64,000 bases of DNA from Alphaproteobacteria bacterium (GCA_965220745.1 CBDCQT010000013.1:928001-992000), one strand, 5' to 3'; shown: positions 1-11,687, counted from the first letter of the stretch. Notes: a model not told the origin generated them from the letters alone. Numbers and translations are program-made.

Positions 1-69
1 GATGGCTGCGGCGCCGGGCTCCACGCTTTCGGGTCTGACGATGCGGGGCGCGGCCACGGGCAGAGACAC
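1..69 (-). CDS. N-terminal fragment of a gene running off the window edge (possibly tilS by synteny)
   Basis: GTG at 69 opens VSLPVAAPRIVRPESVEPGAAAI with no stop before base 1. tilS usually follows ybgF in alphaproteobacteria, but no diagnostic motif is visible. Confidence 0.25.
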   Translation of the reverse strand, partial: MSLPVAAPRIVRPESVEPGAAAI

Positions 70-80
70 CCCGGCCCTAG

Positions 81-1118
81 TCAGGGACAGTTCGCTTGGC
101 GCCGCCCCTGCTGTGCCGCCCGGCGGATATTGAGCGGCGGGTCGGAAAACGCTTGGTCGAGCTGCTCGAAGGCCCGGCACGCCTCTTCGCTGCGGCCGAG
201 CTTGAGCAATGCGATGCCGAGCTTGACCATGTTGTCCGGTGCTTTGCGGCCCTCCGGGTACTGGCGAAGGTTGAGCGCGTAGGATTTCGCCGCCTCCGGA
301 TACATCTGCCTGGCGTACAGGCTCTCGGCACGCCAATAGGCCGCGTTCTGCGCGAGGGCATCCGTGGGGTTCGCGTCGATGAAGCGCGAGAACGCTTCGT
401 GTGCCTCTTCGTAGCGCGCCTCCTCCAGCAGGCCGAATGCCGCCTGGTACTGCTCTTCCGGTGTTCCGGTGAGCGACAGCGCGGTATCGCCAGACTGTTC
501 CGCGGGCACCGTGCCAAGTGTGCGGGGCGCCGCGGAGGGCTCATAGCCCGCATCCTGTCCTGGCGTGATGCTGGCCTGGACTTGCCCCGTAGGCGCTGCA
601 GAGGGCGTCTCGGTGCCGGACGACGCGACCGAAGCCGTCGGCACTCCGCCTTGCTGCTGTTCGAGGGCGGACAGTCTGAAGTCCACGTCCGCGACCAGCC
701 GCTCGATGCGTCCATCGAGTCTGCGAAGCACATTATCGAACTCCTCGAAGCGGCCGGTGACACGGCGCCGCCATTCTCGGGCCTCGTCGATGTCGCTCTC
801 AAGCTCCGCCAAGCGTCGCGCGTTCCGACTCGCGAGCCCGGAGTCCGCCTCCGACTCGGCCGCTGCGTCGCGTCGCGTGCCGCCGGTGTGGACCGTCTTC
901 TCGAGGTCAGAAAGCTGGGCACGGAGGCTGGAGATCTGGTTGCTGAGATTGATGATCTGCCGCCTGAGCTCGGCAGCGGATTGAGCGTCGGCCGTCGTCG
1001 GTGCAAGCAGCAAAACGACGACCGCCAGCGCTCCCAATGCTGCCGCAGGCCCCGCCGCCAGCCACCACCGCCTGCGGCGGCCCGCGACGCCACGCGGGCT
1101 GGCTGCGACGCCGCCCAT
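81..1118 (-). CDS. cpoB: Tol-Pal system protein YbgF/CpoB
   Basis: Signal peptide, coiled-coil region and C-terminal TPR (EQYQAAFGLL, NAAYWRAESLY, YPEGRKAPDNMVKLG); directly downstream of pal. Confidence 0.92.
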   Translation of the reverse strand: MGGVAASPRGVAGRRRRWWLAAGPAAALGALAVVVLLLAPTTADAQSAAELRRQIINLSNQISSLRAQLSDLEKTVHTGGTRRDAAAESEADSGLASRNARRLAELESDIDEAREWRRRVTGRFEEFDNVLRRLDGRIERLVADVDFRLSALEQQQGGVPTASVASSGTETPSAAPTGQVQASITPGQDAGYEPSAAPRTLGTVPAEQSGDTALSLTGTPEEQYQAAFGLLEEARYEEAHEAFSRFIDANPTDALAQNAAYWRAESLYARQMYPEAAKSYALNLRQYPEGRKAPDNMVKLGIALLKLGRSEEACRAFEQLDQAFSDPPLNIRRAAQQGRRQANCP

Positions 1119-1141
1119 CGCTCTTCCGGCCCTCCGGTTTC

Positions 1142-1714
1142 CTAATCGATGACGGAGACGGAGCGCCGATTGAGCGCCCAGGCCTCTTCATTGTGACCGA
1201 GCGCGTAGGGTCGCTCCTTGCCGTACGAGACCGTTCTGAGCCGCGACGGCGCGATGCCCTGATCGATCAAGTACTCACGAACTGCGTTGGCGCGACGTTC
1301 GCCAAGGGCAAGGTTGTATTCGCGGGTACCGCGTTCGTCGGCATGGCCCTCGATCACCAGCGAGACCTCGGGGAACAGCCTGAGCCACTCGGACTGACGA
1401 TCCAGCGTGCGCCGCGCATCTGCGCCGAGAACCGCGCTGTCGAAATCGAAGAACACGCGGTCGCCGACGTTCTGAACAAGCTCCTCTTGCGATCCGGGAA
1501 GCGGCTGGCTCGGGTCAAGGGCGGCCACCGTCGTCTCTTCCTCGATCATGATGTCGCTGTCAGAGGTGTCCGTGCCCGAATCCAGCGTTTGGTCGGCCCC
1601 GGTACCGGTGGTCGAAGCGGTTTCTTCTGGCGTGCTCTCGCATGCCGCCACGCCGAGCGCCAACAGAAGCGGCAAGATCAGTCTCAGTCGCATTCGCATG
1701 CTCTCCTTCATCAT
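1142..1714 (-). CDS. pal: Peptidoglycan-associated lipoprotein Pal
   Basis: Lipobox VAAC; OmpA-like domain VFFDFDS, IEGHADERGTREYNLALGERRA, SYGKERP, NRR. Confidence 0.97.
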   Translation of the reverse strand: MMKESMRMRLRLILPLLLALGVAACESTPEETASTTGTGADQTLDSGTDTSDSDIMIEEETTVAALDPSQPLPGSQEELVQNVGDRVFFDFDSAVLGADARRTLDRQSEWLRLFPEVSLVIEGHADERGTREYNLALGERRANAVREYLIDQGIAPSRLRTVSYGKERPYALGHNEEAWALNRRSVSVID

Positions 1715-1877
1715 TCGGTAGCGGCGGGACCGTCGCTATCCCGTCCACACCTATCTGGAATCCTACCGATCCTCAAACGCCAATGCCCGGCGCAACGCAT
1801 GATTGCGTGCCGTGGGGCTGAGCCGCTGCCGAAGCGGCAGTCTCGTCGGATGGCAAGGCGACTATATCTTTGGGTCA

Positions 1878-3242
1878 TTACTGGATCAACGGCGACCAGG
1901 CCGGATCGGAGGCCGCCGTGCTCGTGAAGAGGATGCGCTCGTTGCGTCCCGTCAAGTCGATGGTGACCAGTTCGGCGCTATCGGGATCACGCGAGCTCGA
2001 ACGGAAAAACATGAGCACACGCCCGTTCGGCGCCCAGGTCGGGCCTTCCACCAGATAATCTCGCGCCAGAATTCGCTCGCCACTCCCGTCAGTCTTCATG
2101 ACGCCGATCGAGAACTGGCCGCGATGGCTCTTGGTGAAGGCAATCAGGTCGCCGCGCGGCGACCATACCGGGGTCCCGTAGCGGCCTTCGCCGAAGGTGA
2201 TGCGGCGCACGTCGCTCCCGTCGCGTCGCATCACGTAAATCTGCTGGCTGCCGCCTCGGTCCGATTCGAAGGCGATGAACTGGCCGTCCGGCGAGTAGCA
2301 GGGCGCGGTCTCGATCGCCGGGTTGTTGGTGAGCCGCCTAGTCCCACGCGAGCGCAAGTCCATTTCGTAGATTTCCGAATTTCCATCGCGCGCCAACGTC
2401 ATGACCACATGATTGCCGTCAGGCGAGAAGCGCGGCGCGAAGGTCATACCGGGAAAATCGCCAAGGATCTCCTGCTGGCCAGTGTCGATGTGGCGCAGGT
2501 AGACCTTCGGCACGCCGCGCTCGTAGGAGAGGTAAGTGATCTCCTGCGCGGTCGGCGAAAAGCGAGGGGTCAACACCAGATGGCGGCCGTCCGACAAGTA
2601 GCGCAGGTTATGGCCGTCCTGATCCATGATCGCCAAGCGCTTGATGCGCTTGTTGGGCGGTCCGGTCTCGGCGATGTAGACGACCCGGGTGTGGAAATAG
2701 CCGCTCTCGCCGGTCAGCCGCTCGTAGATCTTGTCGGACATGGTGTGGGCGATGGGGCGCCACGCTTCGGCCGAGCCGCTCAGCTTCAGTCCCACCAGGT
2801 CTTGCTCGGCGAACACGTCCCACAGGCGGAATTCGACCGTGAGTCGACCGGTGTCGCTGGGTACCACGCGACCCGTCACCAGCGCTTGCGCATTGATGAT
2901 GCGCCAATCCTGGAAGCGCGGCCGCACGCTCATTCCGCCCGCGCCACTGATAAAGGCGGCCGGATCGATGGCGCGGAACAGGCCGGAGCGCTCCAAATTT
3001 CGGGTGATCACTTGTGTGATCTGCCGGCCAATCTTGGCATCCGCCTCGTTCGCGCCGGCGAGATCGACCAGCGCGATGGGAAGCGGCTCCACGTGGCCGC
3101 GCGTGATGTCCACGCGGAGCTCGGCCTTGGCAGTGCTGGCGGCTGCGAGGAGCGCCAGGGTGAGGACGACGGCGGCTGGGAGGAGCAGGGCCTGGCGCGC
3201 CGTGTGCCCAACATGTCCACTCAGTGTCAGCAATCGTCTCAT
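1878..3242 (-). CDS. tolB: Tol-Pal beta-propeller protein TolB
   Basis: [47 protein letters not shown]40 repeats. Confidence 0.97.
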   Translation of the reverse strand: MRRLLTLSGHVGHTARQALLLPAAVVLTLALLAAASTAKAELRVDITRGHVEPLPIALVDLAGANEADAKIGRQITQVITRNLERSGLFRAIDPAAFISGAGGMSVRPRFQDWRIINAQALVTGRVVPSDTGRLTVEFRLWDVFAEQDLVGLKLSGSAEAWRPIAHTMSDKIYERLTGESGYFHTRVVYIAETGPPNKRIKRLAIMDQDGHNLRYLSDGRHLVLTPRFSPTAQEITYLSYERGVPKVYLRHIDTGQQEILGDFPGMTFAPRFSPDGNHVVMTLARDGNSEIYEMDLRSRGTRRLTNNPAIETAPCYSPDGQFIAFESDRGGSQQIYVMRRDGSDVRRITFGEGRYGTPVWSPRGDLIAFTKSHRGQFSIGVMKTDGSGERILARDYLVEGPTWAPNGRVLMFFRSSSRDPDSAELVTIDLTGRNERILFTSTAASDPAWSPLIQ

Positions 3243-3294
3243 TGTCGCACCGTCGGTTCCTTTGTTTCGATCCTATGCAATCCCGGTGAACGCC

Positions 3295-4254
3295 TCACAC
3301 CGGTGGACTGAAGGTCATGGTGATGTCGCGCCAACCTTCATACTTGTCCACGTGACGCGTCAGGGCATCGAAGGGGCTGGCCTTCAGCACGGCACGGCGG
3401 CCGCTCTCCGCCATCGTCCTGTAGTTGGCGCCCCCGCCGTCGTCGACGATCTCTACCCGGCGAACGGACCCGTCCGGTCCCAACTGGATCCTCAACGTCA
3501 CCACCAACTCGCCGGCATCGAGGACACCGGCCGGAACGCTCCAGTTCCGCTCGACCTTCTGCTTGATGGCATCGGTGATCGTCCGCCGCAAGGGCCCGGT
3601 GAGGGGAGCCGGTGCATTGACCTCCGGGGGCGGTTCGTCATCCACACCGGCGATGCTCGCGAGCATGTCATCGAAGGACGGCTCTTCCGTCTTTTTCTCG
3701 GGCGGCAGGGTTGCGTCGGGCTCTTCGTCCGTGAGGCTTTGCAGCAGGGTGTCGAAACTCGGCTTCTTCTTCACCGGTGGCTTGGCAATAGGCAACGGCG
3801 GCGGTCCGGGGTCGGGCGGCGGATCCGGCTTCACCTCGGGTGCCTTCGGCGCCGGCTCAGGTTCGGGCTCTACGACGGGCTCGGGCGGCGGCGCCGGTTC
3901 CGGCTCCACAATGGGCTCCGGCTCTGGTTCGATAACCGGCTCCGGATCCAAAGCGGCGAAGACCTCGGGCTCCGGTTCCGGCACAGGCTCCGGCTCGGGC
4001 TCTGCAACGACCTCAGGCTCGGGCTCCGGTTCGAGCTCCGGCGCAGCCTCGGGGATCGGCTCCGGCTCCGGCTCGGGCTTGGCCTCCTCGGCGGGAGCAG
4101 TCGACTCCTCGGCGAACTCCACCACGCTGACTACGATCGGCTGATCGCTGGGGACGAGCGCGTCGCTCTCGAACACCTGCGGCAGGCCCAGTACTGCGGC
4201 GACGATCACGCCGACATGGAGCAGGCCGGAGAAGAGCCAGCCGCGCTTACTCAT
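3295..4254 (-). CDS. tolA: Cell envelope integrity protein TolA
   Basis: N-terminal TM with SxxxH motif (SGLLH), Pro/Glu-rich linker, C-terminal TonB_C-like domain ([24 protein letters not shown]); lies between tolR and tolB. Confidence 0.88.
   Translation of the reverse strand: MSKRGWLFSGLLHVGVIVAAVLGLPQVFESDALVPSDQPIVVSVVEFAEESTAPAEEAKPEPEPEPIPEAAPELEPEPEPEVVAEPEPEPVPEPEPEVFAALDPEPVIEPEPEPIVEPEPAPPPEPVVEPEPEPAPKAPEVKPDPPPDPGPPPLPIAKPPVKKKPSFDTLLQSLTDEEPDATLPPEKKTEEPSFDDMLASIAGVDDEPPPEVNAPAPLTGPLRRTITDAIKQKVERNWSVPAGVLDAGELVVTLRIQLGPDGSVRRVEIVDDGGGANYRTMAESGRRAVLKASPFDALTRHVDKYEGWRDITMTFSPPV
3830..4090 (-). repeat. Low-complexity (PE)n coding repeat in the TolA linker
   Basis: Repeated ggctc(c/g) units encoding EPEPEP; boundaries approximate. 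Confidence 0.8.
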
Positions 4255-4701
4255 CGCTCCCCGCCGTGCGCGGTTCCGTCACCAGCGCCAGGTTGTTGAA
4301 GCCCGCGCGGTTGAGCGCGCCCATGACCTCCATCACGCGGCCGTAAGCGATCTCCTGGTCGCCCCGGATGAATATCCGGACATCGGGGCGGCGCTCGGTG
4401 ATCGCCTTGAGCTTGGGAATCAGCTCATCCACGGTCACCTCGGTTTCCTGAAGATAGGTGGTGCCGTCGCGGGCGACGGTGACCGAGAGCGGCTCGTCGT
4501 CTCCCGGCAAGGGCGGTGCATCGGACTTGGGCAGATCGACCTCAACGCCGACTGTCAGCAGCGGTGCCGTGATCATGAAGATCACCAGGAGCACCAGCAT
4601 GACGTCGACGAAGGGCGTGACGTTGATCTGGCTCATGGGCGGGCGCCGGCGGCGTCCGCCTCTGCTGCGGCCGTTGAGCGCTCCGTCAAACTCGGCCGCC
4701 A

Positions 4702-4702
<1 letters not shown>
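4247..4702 (-). CDS. tolR: TolR
   Basis: [23 protein letters not shown]; [15 protein letters not shown]. Confidence 0.95.
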
Positions 4703-5436
<734 letters not shown>

Positions 5437-5446
5437 GCGTTCCCCG

Positions 5447-5917
5447 TTACTCCCCGCCCGCCGGCAACAGGCCCGAGAGCGCTTCACGCAGCGGCGCTGG
5501 CAGCCGTACCGCGCGGCCGTTGCGCCCGATACAGCCGAGCCTGAGGTCAATGCTGGCCAACAACGCCTCTTCGCGTACGACGCGCTGCTTGGCCTCGATA
5601 TGGGCGCCGGCCACCCTGTTGATGGTCGTGCGAACTTCGATATCGTCGTCGAGCCGTGCCGGCTGCCGGTAATCCACAACGCAGCGTCTCACGACGAAGG
5701 CTGCATCGTGGTCCCCCAACAGCGTGACGTGGGTGATGCCGGCGCCCCGCATCATCTCGGTCCGCGCTCGCTCGGCGAACTTGAGGTAGTTGGCGTAATA
5801 GACGATGCCGCTCGCGTCCGTATCCTCGTAGTAGACGCGGAGCGGGTAGACGTGCTCGGCGCCGTGGAAGCGGCCGCCGGGCGGTGCCATTGGCGTGTCC
5901 GGTTCAACGGCTGTCAT
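5447..5917 (-). CDS. ybgC: Tol-Pal-associated acyl-CoA thioesterase YbgC
   Basis: [28 protein letters not shown]. Confidence 0.95.
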   Translation of the reverse strand: MTAVEPDTPMAPPGGRFHGAEHVYPLRVYYEDTDASGIVYYANYLKFAERARTEMMRGAGITHVTLLGDHDAAFVVRRCVVDYRQPARLDDDIEVRTTINRVAGAHIEAKQRVVREEALLASIDLRLGCIGRNGRAVRLPAPLREALSGLLPAGGE

Positions 5918-6950
5918 GGCCTTCGTCGAGCAAGGCGAGCTGACGCGGCGCGTCCTCCGGCTGCGCCAAACCCAGATGACCGAAGCCGTGCTGGGTGAGC
6001 ATGCGGCCGCGCGGCGTCCGCTGCACGAAGCCCTGTTGGATCAGGAACGGCTCGATCACCTCTTCCAGTGCGTCGCGCTGTTCGGAGAGCGCCGCCGCGA
6101 TGGTCTCGATGCCTACCGGGCCGCCGCCGTAGTTCTCCGCGATGCAGGAGAGGTAGCGGCGGTCCATCGAATCGAGGCCGCGCTGGTCGACCTCGAGCCG
6201 GTTGAGCGCGCGATCCGCGACGGCGGCGTCGATGGTCTCGACACCCGCGACCGCCGCGAAGTCGCGCACGCGGCGCAGCAGCCTGCCGGCGATGCGCGGC
6301 GTGCCGCGGGAGCGGGCGGCGACCTCTGCCGCCCCGTCGGCGCTCAGCCCGACGTCGAGGAGCCCCGCGTTTCGGGTCACGATCTCGACCAGCTCGTCGA
6401 CCTCGTAGAAGTCGAGCCTGAGCGGAATGCCGAAGCGCTCACGCAACGGCGTGGTAATGAGGCCGGTGCGCGTGGTCGCGCCGACCAGGGTGAAGGGCGG
6501 GAGATCGATCCGAACCGAGCGCGCGCCCGGCCCCTCGCCGATGATCAGGTCGAGCTGAAAATCCTCCATGGCCGGGTAGAGAATCTCTTCCACCGCCGGG
6601 TTGAGGCGGTGGATCTCGTCGATGAACAGCACGTCGCGTTCGTCCAGGTTGGTCAGGATCGCCGCGAGGTCGCCGGCACGCGCGATCACCGGCCCGGAGG
6701 TCGCCCGAATGCCGACGCCGAGCTCGCGGGCGACGATCTGTGCCAGCGTGGTCTTGCCGAGGCCGGGCGGCCCGTAGAAGAGCACGTGGTCCAGTGCCTC
6801 GCCCCGCTCGGACGCAGCGGCGATGAAGACTCGCAAGTTCTCGCGCACCGCGCGTTGGCCGACGAAGTCATCGAGCTTGCGCGGCCTGAGTCCGCTGTCG
6901 AGCCGGTCTTCGGCTTCCGCCGCGCCGGCGACGATGCGGGCCTCGCTCAC
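5904..6950 (-). CDS. ruvB: Holliday junction branch migration helicase RuvB
   Basis: [45 protein letters not shown]. Confidence 0.98.
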   Translation of the reverse strand: MSEARIVAGAAEAEDRLDSGLRPRKLDDFVGQRAVRENLRVFIAAASERGEALDHVLFYGPPGLGKTTLAQIVARELGVGIRATSGPVIARAGDLAAILTNLDERDVLFIDEIHRLNPAVEEILYPAMEDFQLDLIIGEGPGARSVRIDLPPFTLVGATTRTGLITTPLRERFGIPLRLDFYEVDELVEIVTRNAGLLDVGLSADGAAEVAARSRGTPRIAGRLLRRVRDFAAVAGVETIDAAVADRALNRLEVDQRGLDSMDRRYLSCIAENYGGGPVGIETIAAALSEQRDALEEVIEPFLIQQGFVQRTPRGRMLTQHGFGHLGLAQPEDAPRQLALLDEGHDSR

Positions 6951-7540
6951 TGCGCAAGCTCCTTAAGCCCGGCGCGGATCAGTTCCTCCACCGGGGCCTC
7001 GGCGCCGAGCGTGCGGGCCGCGCCGGAGACCGCGCCGTGGGCCTCGGTGGGCCGGTAGCCGAGATTGACGAGGGCCGCGATGGCGTCGGCGTTCGCCGTT
7101 CCGTCAACGGCGGCGGACGCCGGCGCCGCACCCGGAAGGGTCTCCGCCTTGTCTCTCAGCTCGCTCAGGATGCGCGCCGCGAGCTTGGGCCCCACCCCCG
7201 GTGCGCGGGTGAGCCCCGCCTTGTCTTGCGCAGCGATGTAAGCGGAGAGCTCCGCTGCGGGCAGCGCGCCCAGGATTGCGAGCGCGAGACGGGCGCCGAC
7301 GCTCTGCACGGTCTGCAGGAGGCGGAACCAGTCGCGTTCCTGCTCGCTGGAAAAGCCGTAGAGATGGATGTGGTCCTCACGCACCACAGTCTCGATGGTG
7401 AGGCTCACCTCCTGTCCCCGCTGGGGCAGGGAGGCCAACGTGCCGGCGGAGCAATAGATGAGGTAGCCCACGCCACCGACATCGACGACCGCCCAGCCGT
7501 CGCCCAGGCTGTCGAGAACGCCGCGCAGCTTCGCGATCAT
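6947..7540 (-). CDS. ruvA: Holliday junction branch migration protein RuvA
   Basis: [48 protein letters not shown]; start reassigned to ATG 7540. Confidence 0.96.
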   Translation of the reverse strand: MIAKLRGVLDSLGDGWAVVDVGGVGYLIYCSAGTLASLPQRGQEVSLTIETVVREDHIHLYGFSSEQERDWFRLLQTVQSVGARLALAILGALPAAELSAYIAAQDKAGLTRAPGVGPKLAARILSELRDKAETLPGAAPASAAVDGTANADAIAALVNLGYRPTEAHGAVSGAARTLGAEAPVEELIRAGLKELAQ

Positions 7541-8055
7541 CAGGCTGCTCCCGACGCCGCTTGCGCCAGCTGCCAGTGGGCGCGGGTGCCTGCGGCATGG
7601 GCATGACAGATCGCTGCGGCAAGAGCGTCGGTGGCGTCTGACGTCGCTTCGCCGACACCCGGCAACAAATGGCGGACCATCAGCGCGACCTGCTCCTTGT
7701 CGGCATGCCCGGCGCCCACCAGCGCCTTCTTGATCCGGTTCGCCGCGTATTCGTGGACGGGCAGCCCGGCGAGCGCCGGCGCCAGCAGGGCGACGCCCCG
7801 CGCAAGGCCGAGCTTGAGGGTGGACTCGGGGTTGCGGTTGACGAAGGTCTCCTCGACGACCGCCTCGTCCGGCTCGTAGCGCGCGACGATTTCGACGAGG
7901 CCTTCGTGCAGGGCGCAGAGGCGCTCCGGCACGCTCGCGCCGGAGTCGGTGGCGACCACGCCGTGGCCGACATGGCGCAGTCGGTTGCCCGCGGTCTCGA
8001 TCACGCCCCAGCCGGTGCGACGGAGGCCGGGGTCGAGGCCGAGTATACGCGCCAC
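7540..8055 (-). CDS. ruvC: Crossover junction endodeoxyribonuclease RuvC
   Basis: [38 protein letters not shown]. Confidence 0.97.
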   Translation of the reverse strand: MARILGLDPGLRRTGWGVIETAGNRLRHVGHGVVATDSGASVPERLCALHEGLVEIVARYEPDEAVVEETFVNRNPESTLKLGLARGVALLAPALAGLPVHEYAANRIKKALVGAGHADKEQVALMVRHLLPGVGEATSDATDALAAAICHAHAAGTRAHWQLAQAASGAA

Positions 8056-8070
8056 GCCGCTTGCTCCCGC

Positions 8071-8823
8071 TCAGGCCGAGAGCTTGCACAGCACATCGTC
8101 GGTCACGTCGTAGTTCGCCGAGACCTGCTGCACGTCGTCGCTGTCGTCGAGCGCTTCCAGTAGCTTGAAGACGGCCTCCGCCTTGTTCTCGTCGATGGGC
8201 ACGGTGGTCTGCGGGCGCCAGGCGATCTCGACCCGCTCCGGCGCACCGAAGTGCTCGGTGAGCGCCTCGCTGGCTTCGCTCAGGGATTCGGGCGCGCAAA
8301 TGACCTCGTGGCCGTCTTCCTCGCTCTCGCATTCGTCGGCACCGACCTCGAGCGCGGCTTCGAACATGTCATCTCCGCTTGCCGCGTCCGCAGGGAAGCG
8401 AATGATTCCAACACGTTGAAACAGATAGTTCACGGAGCCTGTTTCGCCGAGCGTGCCGCCATGCCGGCTGAAGATCGAGCGGATCGTGGCTGCCGTCCGG
8501 TTGCGGTTGTCGGTGATCGCATCGACGATCACAGCAACGCCGCCGGGCCCGAACCCCTCGTAGCTCAGCGTGTCGAAACGCTCTTGTCCGCCGTCTCCGC
8601 CCGCCGCCTTCTTGATGGCGCGTTCGATGTTGTCTTTGGGCACGCTCTGCGACTTGGCCGCCGCGATGGCGGTGCGCAGGCGCGGATTATGGTCGGGGTC
8701 GGGCGCGCCCTCTCTGGCGGCAACGTAGACTTCGCGGATCAGCTTGGTGAACCGCTTGGCCCGCCGGGCATCTTGCGCGCCCTTGCGGTACATGATGTTG
8801 GCCCATTTGGAATGGCCGGCCAT
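8071..8823 (-). CDS. yebC: YebC/PmpR family protein
   Basis: MAGHSKWANI, NPRLR, YEGFGPGG, TDNRNRT, DDVQQV. Confidence 0.96.
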   Translation of the reverse strand: MAGHSKWANIMYRKGAQDARRAKRFTKLIREVYVAAREGAPDPDHNPRLRTAIAAAKSQSVPKDNIERAIKKAAGGDGGQERFDTLSYEGFGPGGVAVIVDAITDNRNRTAATIRSIFSRHGGTLGETGSVNYLFQRVGIIRFPADAASGDDMFEAALEVGADECESEEDGHEVICAPESLSEASEALTEHFGAPERVEIAWRPQTTVPIDENKAEAVFKLLEALDDSDDVQQVSANYDVTDDVLCKLSA

Positions 8824-8941
8824 GGGCTCTACTCAGTCGCGTGGGAAGACACGGGTCGGCGACGCGAGTTGGCGGCGTCTCTCATTACCCTGCCTAAATG
8901 CTCATTGTGGCCAGATTGGGGCAGCCTCTCTTGGGGTTGGT

Positions 8942-8955
8942 ACTACATATTGTGT
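8942..8955. promoter_or_regulatory. NrdR-box-like operator upstream of yebC-ruvCAB
   Basis: ACTACATATTGTGT (minus strand ACACAATATGTAGT) closely matches the NrdR consensus acaCwAtATaTwGtg and is AT-rich against a GC-rich background. Confidence 0.55.
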
Positions 8956-9080
8956 AGCGCGTCACCCCCGAAACCTACGCCATCCGGGCGAAGAAGGCTA
9001 TTGGGGATAGGGCAAGTCTCAAAACCCGAGGGAAGCTGACCATCCGCTCCCCGCGAGTGCAGTTCGACCTGCAGTGGCGC

Positions 9081-9908
9081 CTATTCGTCTGCCACCCGGA
9101 TCGCGACAAAGCGCAGGCGGGTGTAGTCGGTCACCCAGCGCCCGTCGGGGCAGAGCCGGTCGCGAGTGAGTTCGATTGTGCGGTCGATGACCGCAGGAAC
9201 GCGCCCCGGCGGTGCCGCGTCGGTAAAGTTCCCGCCGAACATGGCAATCCAGTCGGCGAGGCCGTTGGGGCAGTCGTCGAGCGGAGTTGGGCGGGCAAAA
9301 TAACGGAGCTGCGTCACATCGAACCCGCCATCCTCCAGCAGGCTGACGTAATGGCTCGTACGCGGGAAGTACCAGGGAAAGTCGACCGCTTCGGCCGGGA
9401 CGCCTTCCTCGGCCAGCGCCTGGTAGAGCGCATCGGTGATGATCCGCACGTTGCGGTGCGCGCCCATCTCGGCGACGAACCGGCCGCCGGGCCTGAGCGC
9501 GCGGGCAACGCAGGCGATAACGCCTGGGGGCTCCTCCTTCATCCAGTGCAGTGCGGCGTTGGAGAAGACCGCATCGGCGTGGCCTTCGATGGCGAAGTCG
9601 CGGCCATCCGCGTGCTCGAAGGCGAGGGCGGGGTGAAGCGCGCGGGCGCGCTCGACCATCGCCGCATCGCCATCGATGCCGATCACCTCAGCGCCGCGCG
9701 CGGCAATGGCCGCCGTCAGCTTCCCGGTGCCACAGCCGAGATCCACGATCCTCTCGCCGGGCTCGGGCGCGAGCAGATCGACCATGTCGGTGGCAAAGTC
9801 CGAGACGAAGCCGAACGAGCGGTCGTAGAGGCCGGCGTCCCAGGTCGTGTCTGCGCCTGAACCTGTGTCCACGCCCGCGGCGTTCCCCTCCGCCGATTGC
9901 CGAGTCAT
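9081..9908 (-). CDS. Class I SAM-dependent methyltransferase (Tam-like)
   Basis: WDAGLY, VDLGCGTG, DAVFSNAALHW, LRPGGRFVAEMG, DYTRLRF. Confidence 0.88.
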   Translation of the reverse strand: MTRQSAEGNAAGVDTGSGADTTWDAGLYDRSFGFVSDFATDMVDLLAPEPGERIVDLGCGTGKLTAAIAARGAEVIGIDGDAAMVERARALHPALAFEHADGRDFAIEGHADAVFSNAALHWMKEEPPGVIACVARALRPGGRFVAEMGAHRNVRIITDALYQALAEEGVPAEAVDFPWYFPRTSHYVSLLEDGGFDVTQLRYFARPTPLDDCPNGLADWIAMFGGNFTDAAPPGRVPAVIDRTIELTRDRLCPDGRWVTDYTRLRFVAIRVADE

Positions 9909-9926
9909 GCGCGCGTGCCGTGCTAA

Positions 9927-10721
9927 CTAATCGTCCGCGGTTTGATGGTCGCGGGCGGCGTCCATCATGGCGTGGATCATCTTCGGACGCGGCACGGCAG
10001 GCTTGGGATGAGCCACCGGGCTGTGGCTGTGGCCGAGGCCCAGCACCGTCTCCACCATCTTGAGTGCGAGCGGGCCCGGATTGACCACCGGGACAGGCAG
10101 GTTCTCCGAGAGATAGGGCCCGGCCTGCGAGAGCGTGGTCGAACCGAGGACGATCACGTCGGCGCCCTTGGCGAGACCCCTCTCACAGGTCTCCTTCATG
10201 ATGGGGAAGACCTCCGCCTCGCGGCCGGTGAACAGCGCCCTCATGTCCGATTTTGCCTCGAACAGCTCGACCGAGGAGCAGAACTGGGAAACCTCGAACT
10301 TCTTGAACAGGTTCTTGTAAAAGGCGAGCCAGGCGTCGGTGTACTGCGGATATGAGGGGTCGGTCTGCGCGATCACGCAGAAGCGGGTGCCGAGGGTGAG
10401 CGCGTAGAGCAGCGATGACTTGCCGTTCGAAACCACAGGAATATCAAGTACCGCGCGCAGCTCGGCGACGCCGGAATCGCTCAAGGTGTTGACCGTGATG
10501 GCGTCATAGCCCTCCTCGGCCAGCGCCATGCCGGCTTCGAGGATGGCGAACTCGACCAGAAACTCGTCGTGGCGGCCGAGGAAGTGCATCGGCCCTGCCT
10601 TGAGCGGCTTGTAGTCGAAGGTGACGTTGCCGGAGAGCTCGACCTGCTCCAACTCGGCACGCCTGTAGTCGAGGCCCTCCTCATCATACGGAAACGGCAC
10701 GATCACTGCGGCGCGTGGCAT
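9927..10721 (-). CDS. Asp/Glu/hydantoin racemase family protein
   Basis: EGYDAITVNTLSDSG, GADVIVLGSTT, PVPVVNP; fold typical of the family but catalytic Cys positions are substituted. Confidence 0.78.
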   Translation of the reverse strand: MPRAAVIVPFPYDEEGLDYRRAELEQVELSGNVTFDYKPLKAGPMHFLGRHDEFLVEFAILEAGMALAEEGYDAITVNTLSDSGVAELRAVLDIPVVSNGKSSLLYALTLGTRFCVIAQTDPSYPQYTDAWLAFYKNLFKKFEVSQFCSSVELFEAKSDMRALFTGREAEVFPIMKETCERGLAKGADVIVLGSTTLSQAGPYLSENLPVPVVNPGPLALKMVETVLGLGHSHSPVAHPKPAVPRPKMIHAMMDAARDHQTADD

Positions 10722-10766
10722 GGCAAGTCCTCCCTTTGATCCTCGTTTTGTGACGGTGTCCCGGTT

Positions 10767-11687
10767 CTACACGGGGTTCTCGGCGAGCCAGCCGGCGTAT
10801 TCGCGCACGCCATCGGCGAAGGCGATCTGCGGTCGCCAGCCCAGGACGCGCGCGGCTGCCGAGATGTCAAAACGGCCGTGACTCTGGTCTTCCGGGTCGG
10901 CGCCCTCGCCGAGCGTGACTTGCGCCGCCGGCACCGCGTTGCGCACGGCGTCTGCGATCTCGCCGAATTCCAGGCGCTGGCCGCCCGTAATGTTGAACGC
11001 GCGCTGCGGCCCGATCTCCTCGGCATCGAGCGCCGCAATCACGGCGCTCACGACGTCGTCGATATGGACGTACTGCCGTGTGAAGCCGCGGCCGTAGGGG
11101 AGCGTGGTGGGCTGCCCGGCGTGCGCGTCCTTGATCATCTCGCGCACCACGCAGGTGGTGCGGCGGCGCGGCCCGTAGACCCACGAGAAGCGTAGCACGA
11201 CGGCGTCGAGGCCGGTCTGTGCCACGTAAGCGCGGGTCAGGATGTCGCCGGACGCCTTGGTGGCACCGTAGATATCGTCTGCGGTGAGTGGCGCGTCCTC
11301 GGGCACCGGCTCAAGACCGACGGCGGTGTGACCATAGGCAGACGTGGAGGAGCAGAACACCAGGCGCACGCCTCGTTGACGCGCGATCTCCAGCAGGTTG
11401 GCGGTGCCGGCGACATTGGTCTCGATCACCGCACGCGGATTGTCGCGCCCTAGCATGGGGCCCGAGACAGCGCCGCAATGCACGATCGCCGCGATGTCGC
11501 CGCTGCAGATGGCATGCAGCTTGTGAACGTCGGTGAGCTCCGCATCGGTCGAGGAAAACCCGCCGTCCTCCCTGGGCTGGATGCGATCGGTGCCGATCAC
11601 GTCGCGTCCTTCACGCGCGAGCCGAGACGCGACGGCGAAGCCGATCAGCCCCGCCGATCCGGTGACCACGATTGCTCCCGACGCCAT
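10767..11687 (-). CDS. NAD-dependent epimerase/dehydratase (extended SDR)
   Basis: VTGSAGLIG, SSTSAYG, YGATK, VYGP. Confidence 0.9.
   Translation of the reverse strand: MASGAIVVTGSAGLIGFAVASRLAREGRDVIGTDRIQPREDGGFSSTDAELTDVHKLHAICSGDIAAIVHCGAVSGPMLGRDNPRAVIETNVAGTANLLEIARQRGVRLVFCSSTSAYGHTAVGLEPVPEDAPLTADDIYGATKASGDILTRAYVAQTGLDAVVLRFSWVYGPRRRTTCVVREMIKDAHAGQPTTLPYGRGFTRQYVHIDDVVSAVIAALDAEEIGPQRAFNITGGQRLEFGEIADAVRNAVPAAQVTLGEGADPEDQSHGRFDISAAARVLGWRPQIAFADGVREYAGWLAENPV

Noticed and set aside
1803-3311. Long antisense ORFs (also 12338-14062, 18725-20833, 21245-23152, 26428-28335, 60094-61758, 61882-63432)
   Set aside because: They lie opposite well-supported genes, have no motifs, and are expected at this GC content.
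3425-4144. Gly/Ser-repeat ORF on the + strand
   Set aside because: Antisense shadow of the TolA (PE)n linker.
9058-9073. tgcag-ttcgac-ctgca hairpin, and GGGAAG motifs in the yebC spacer suggesting a tRNA or cobalamin riboswitch
   Set aside because: The other conserved elements of either RNA are absent.
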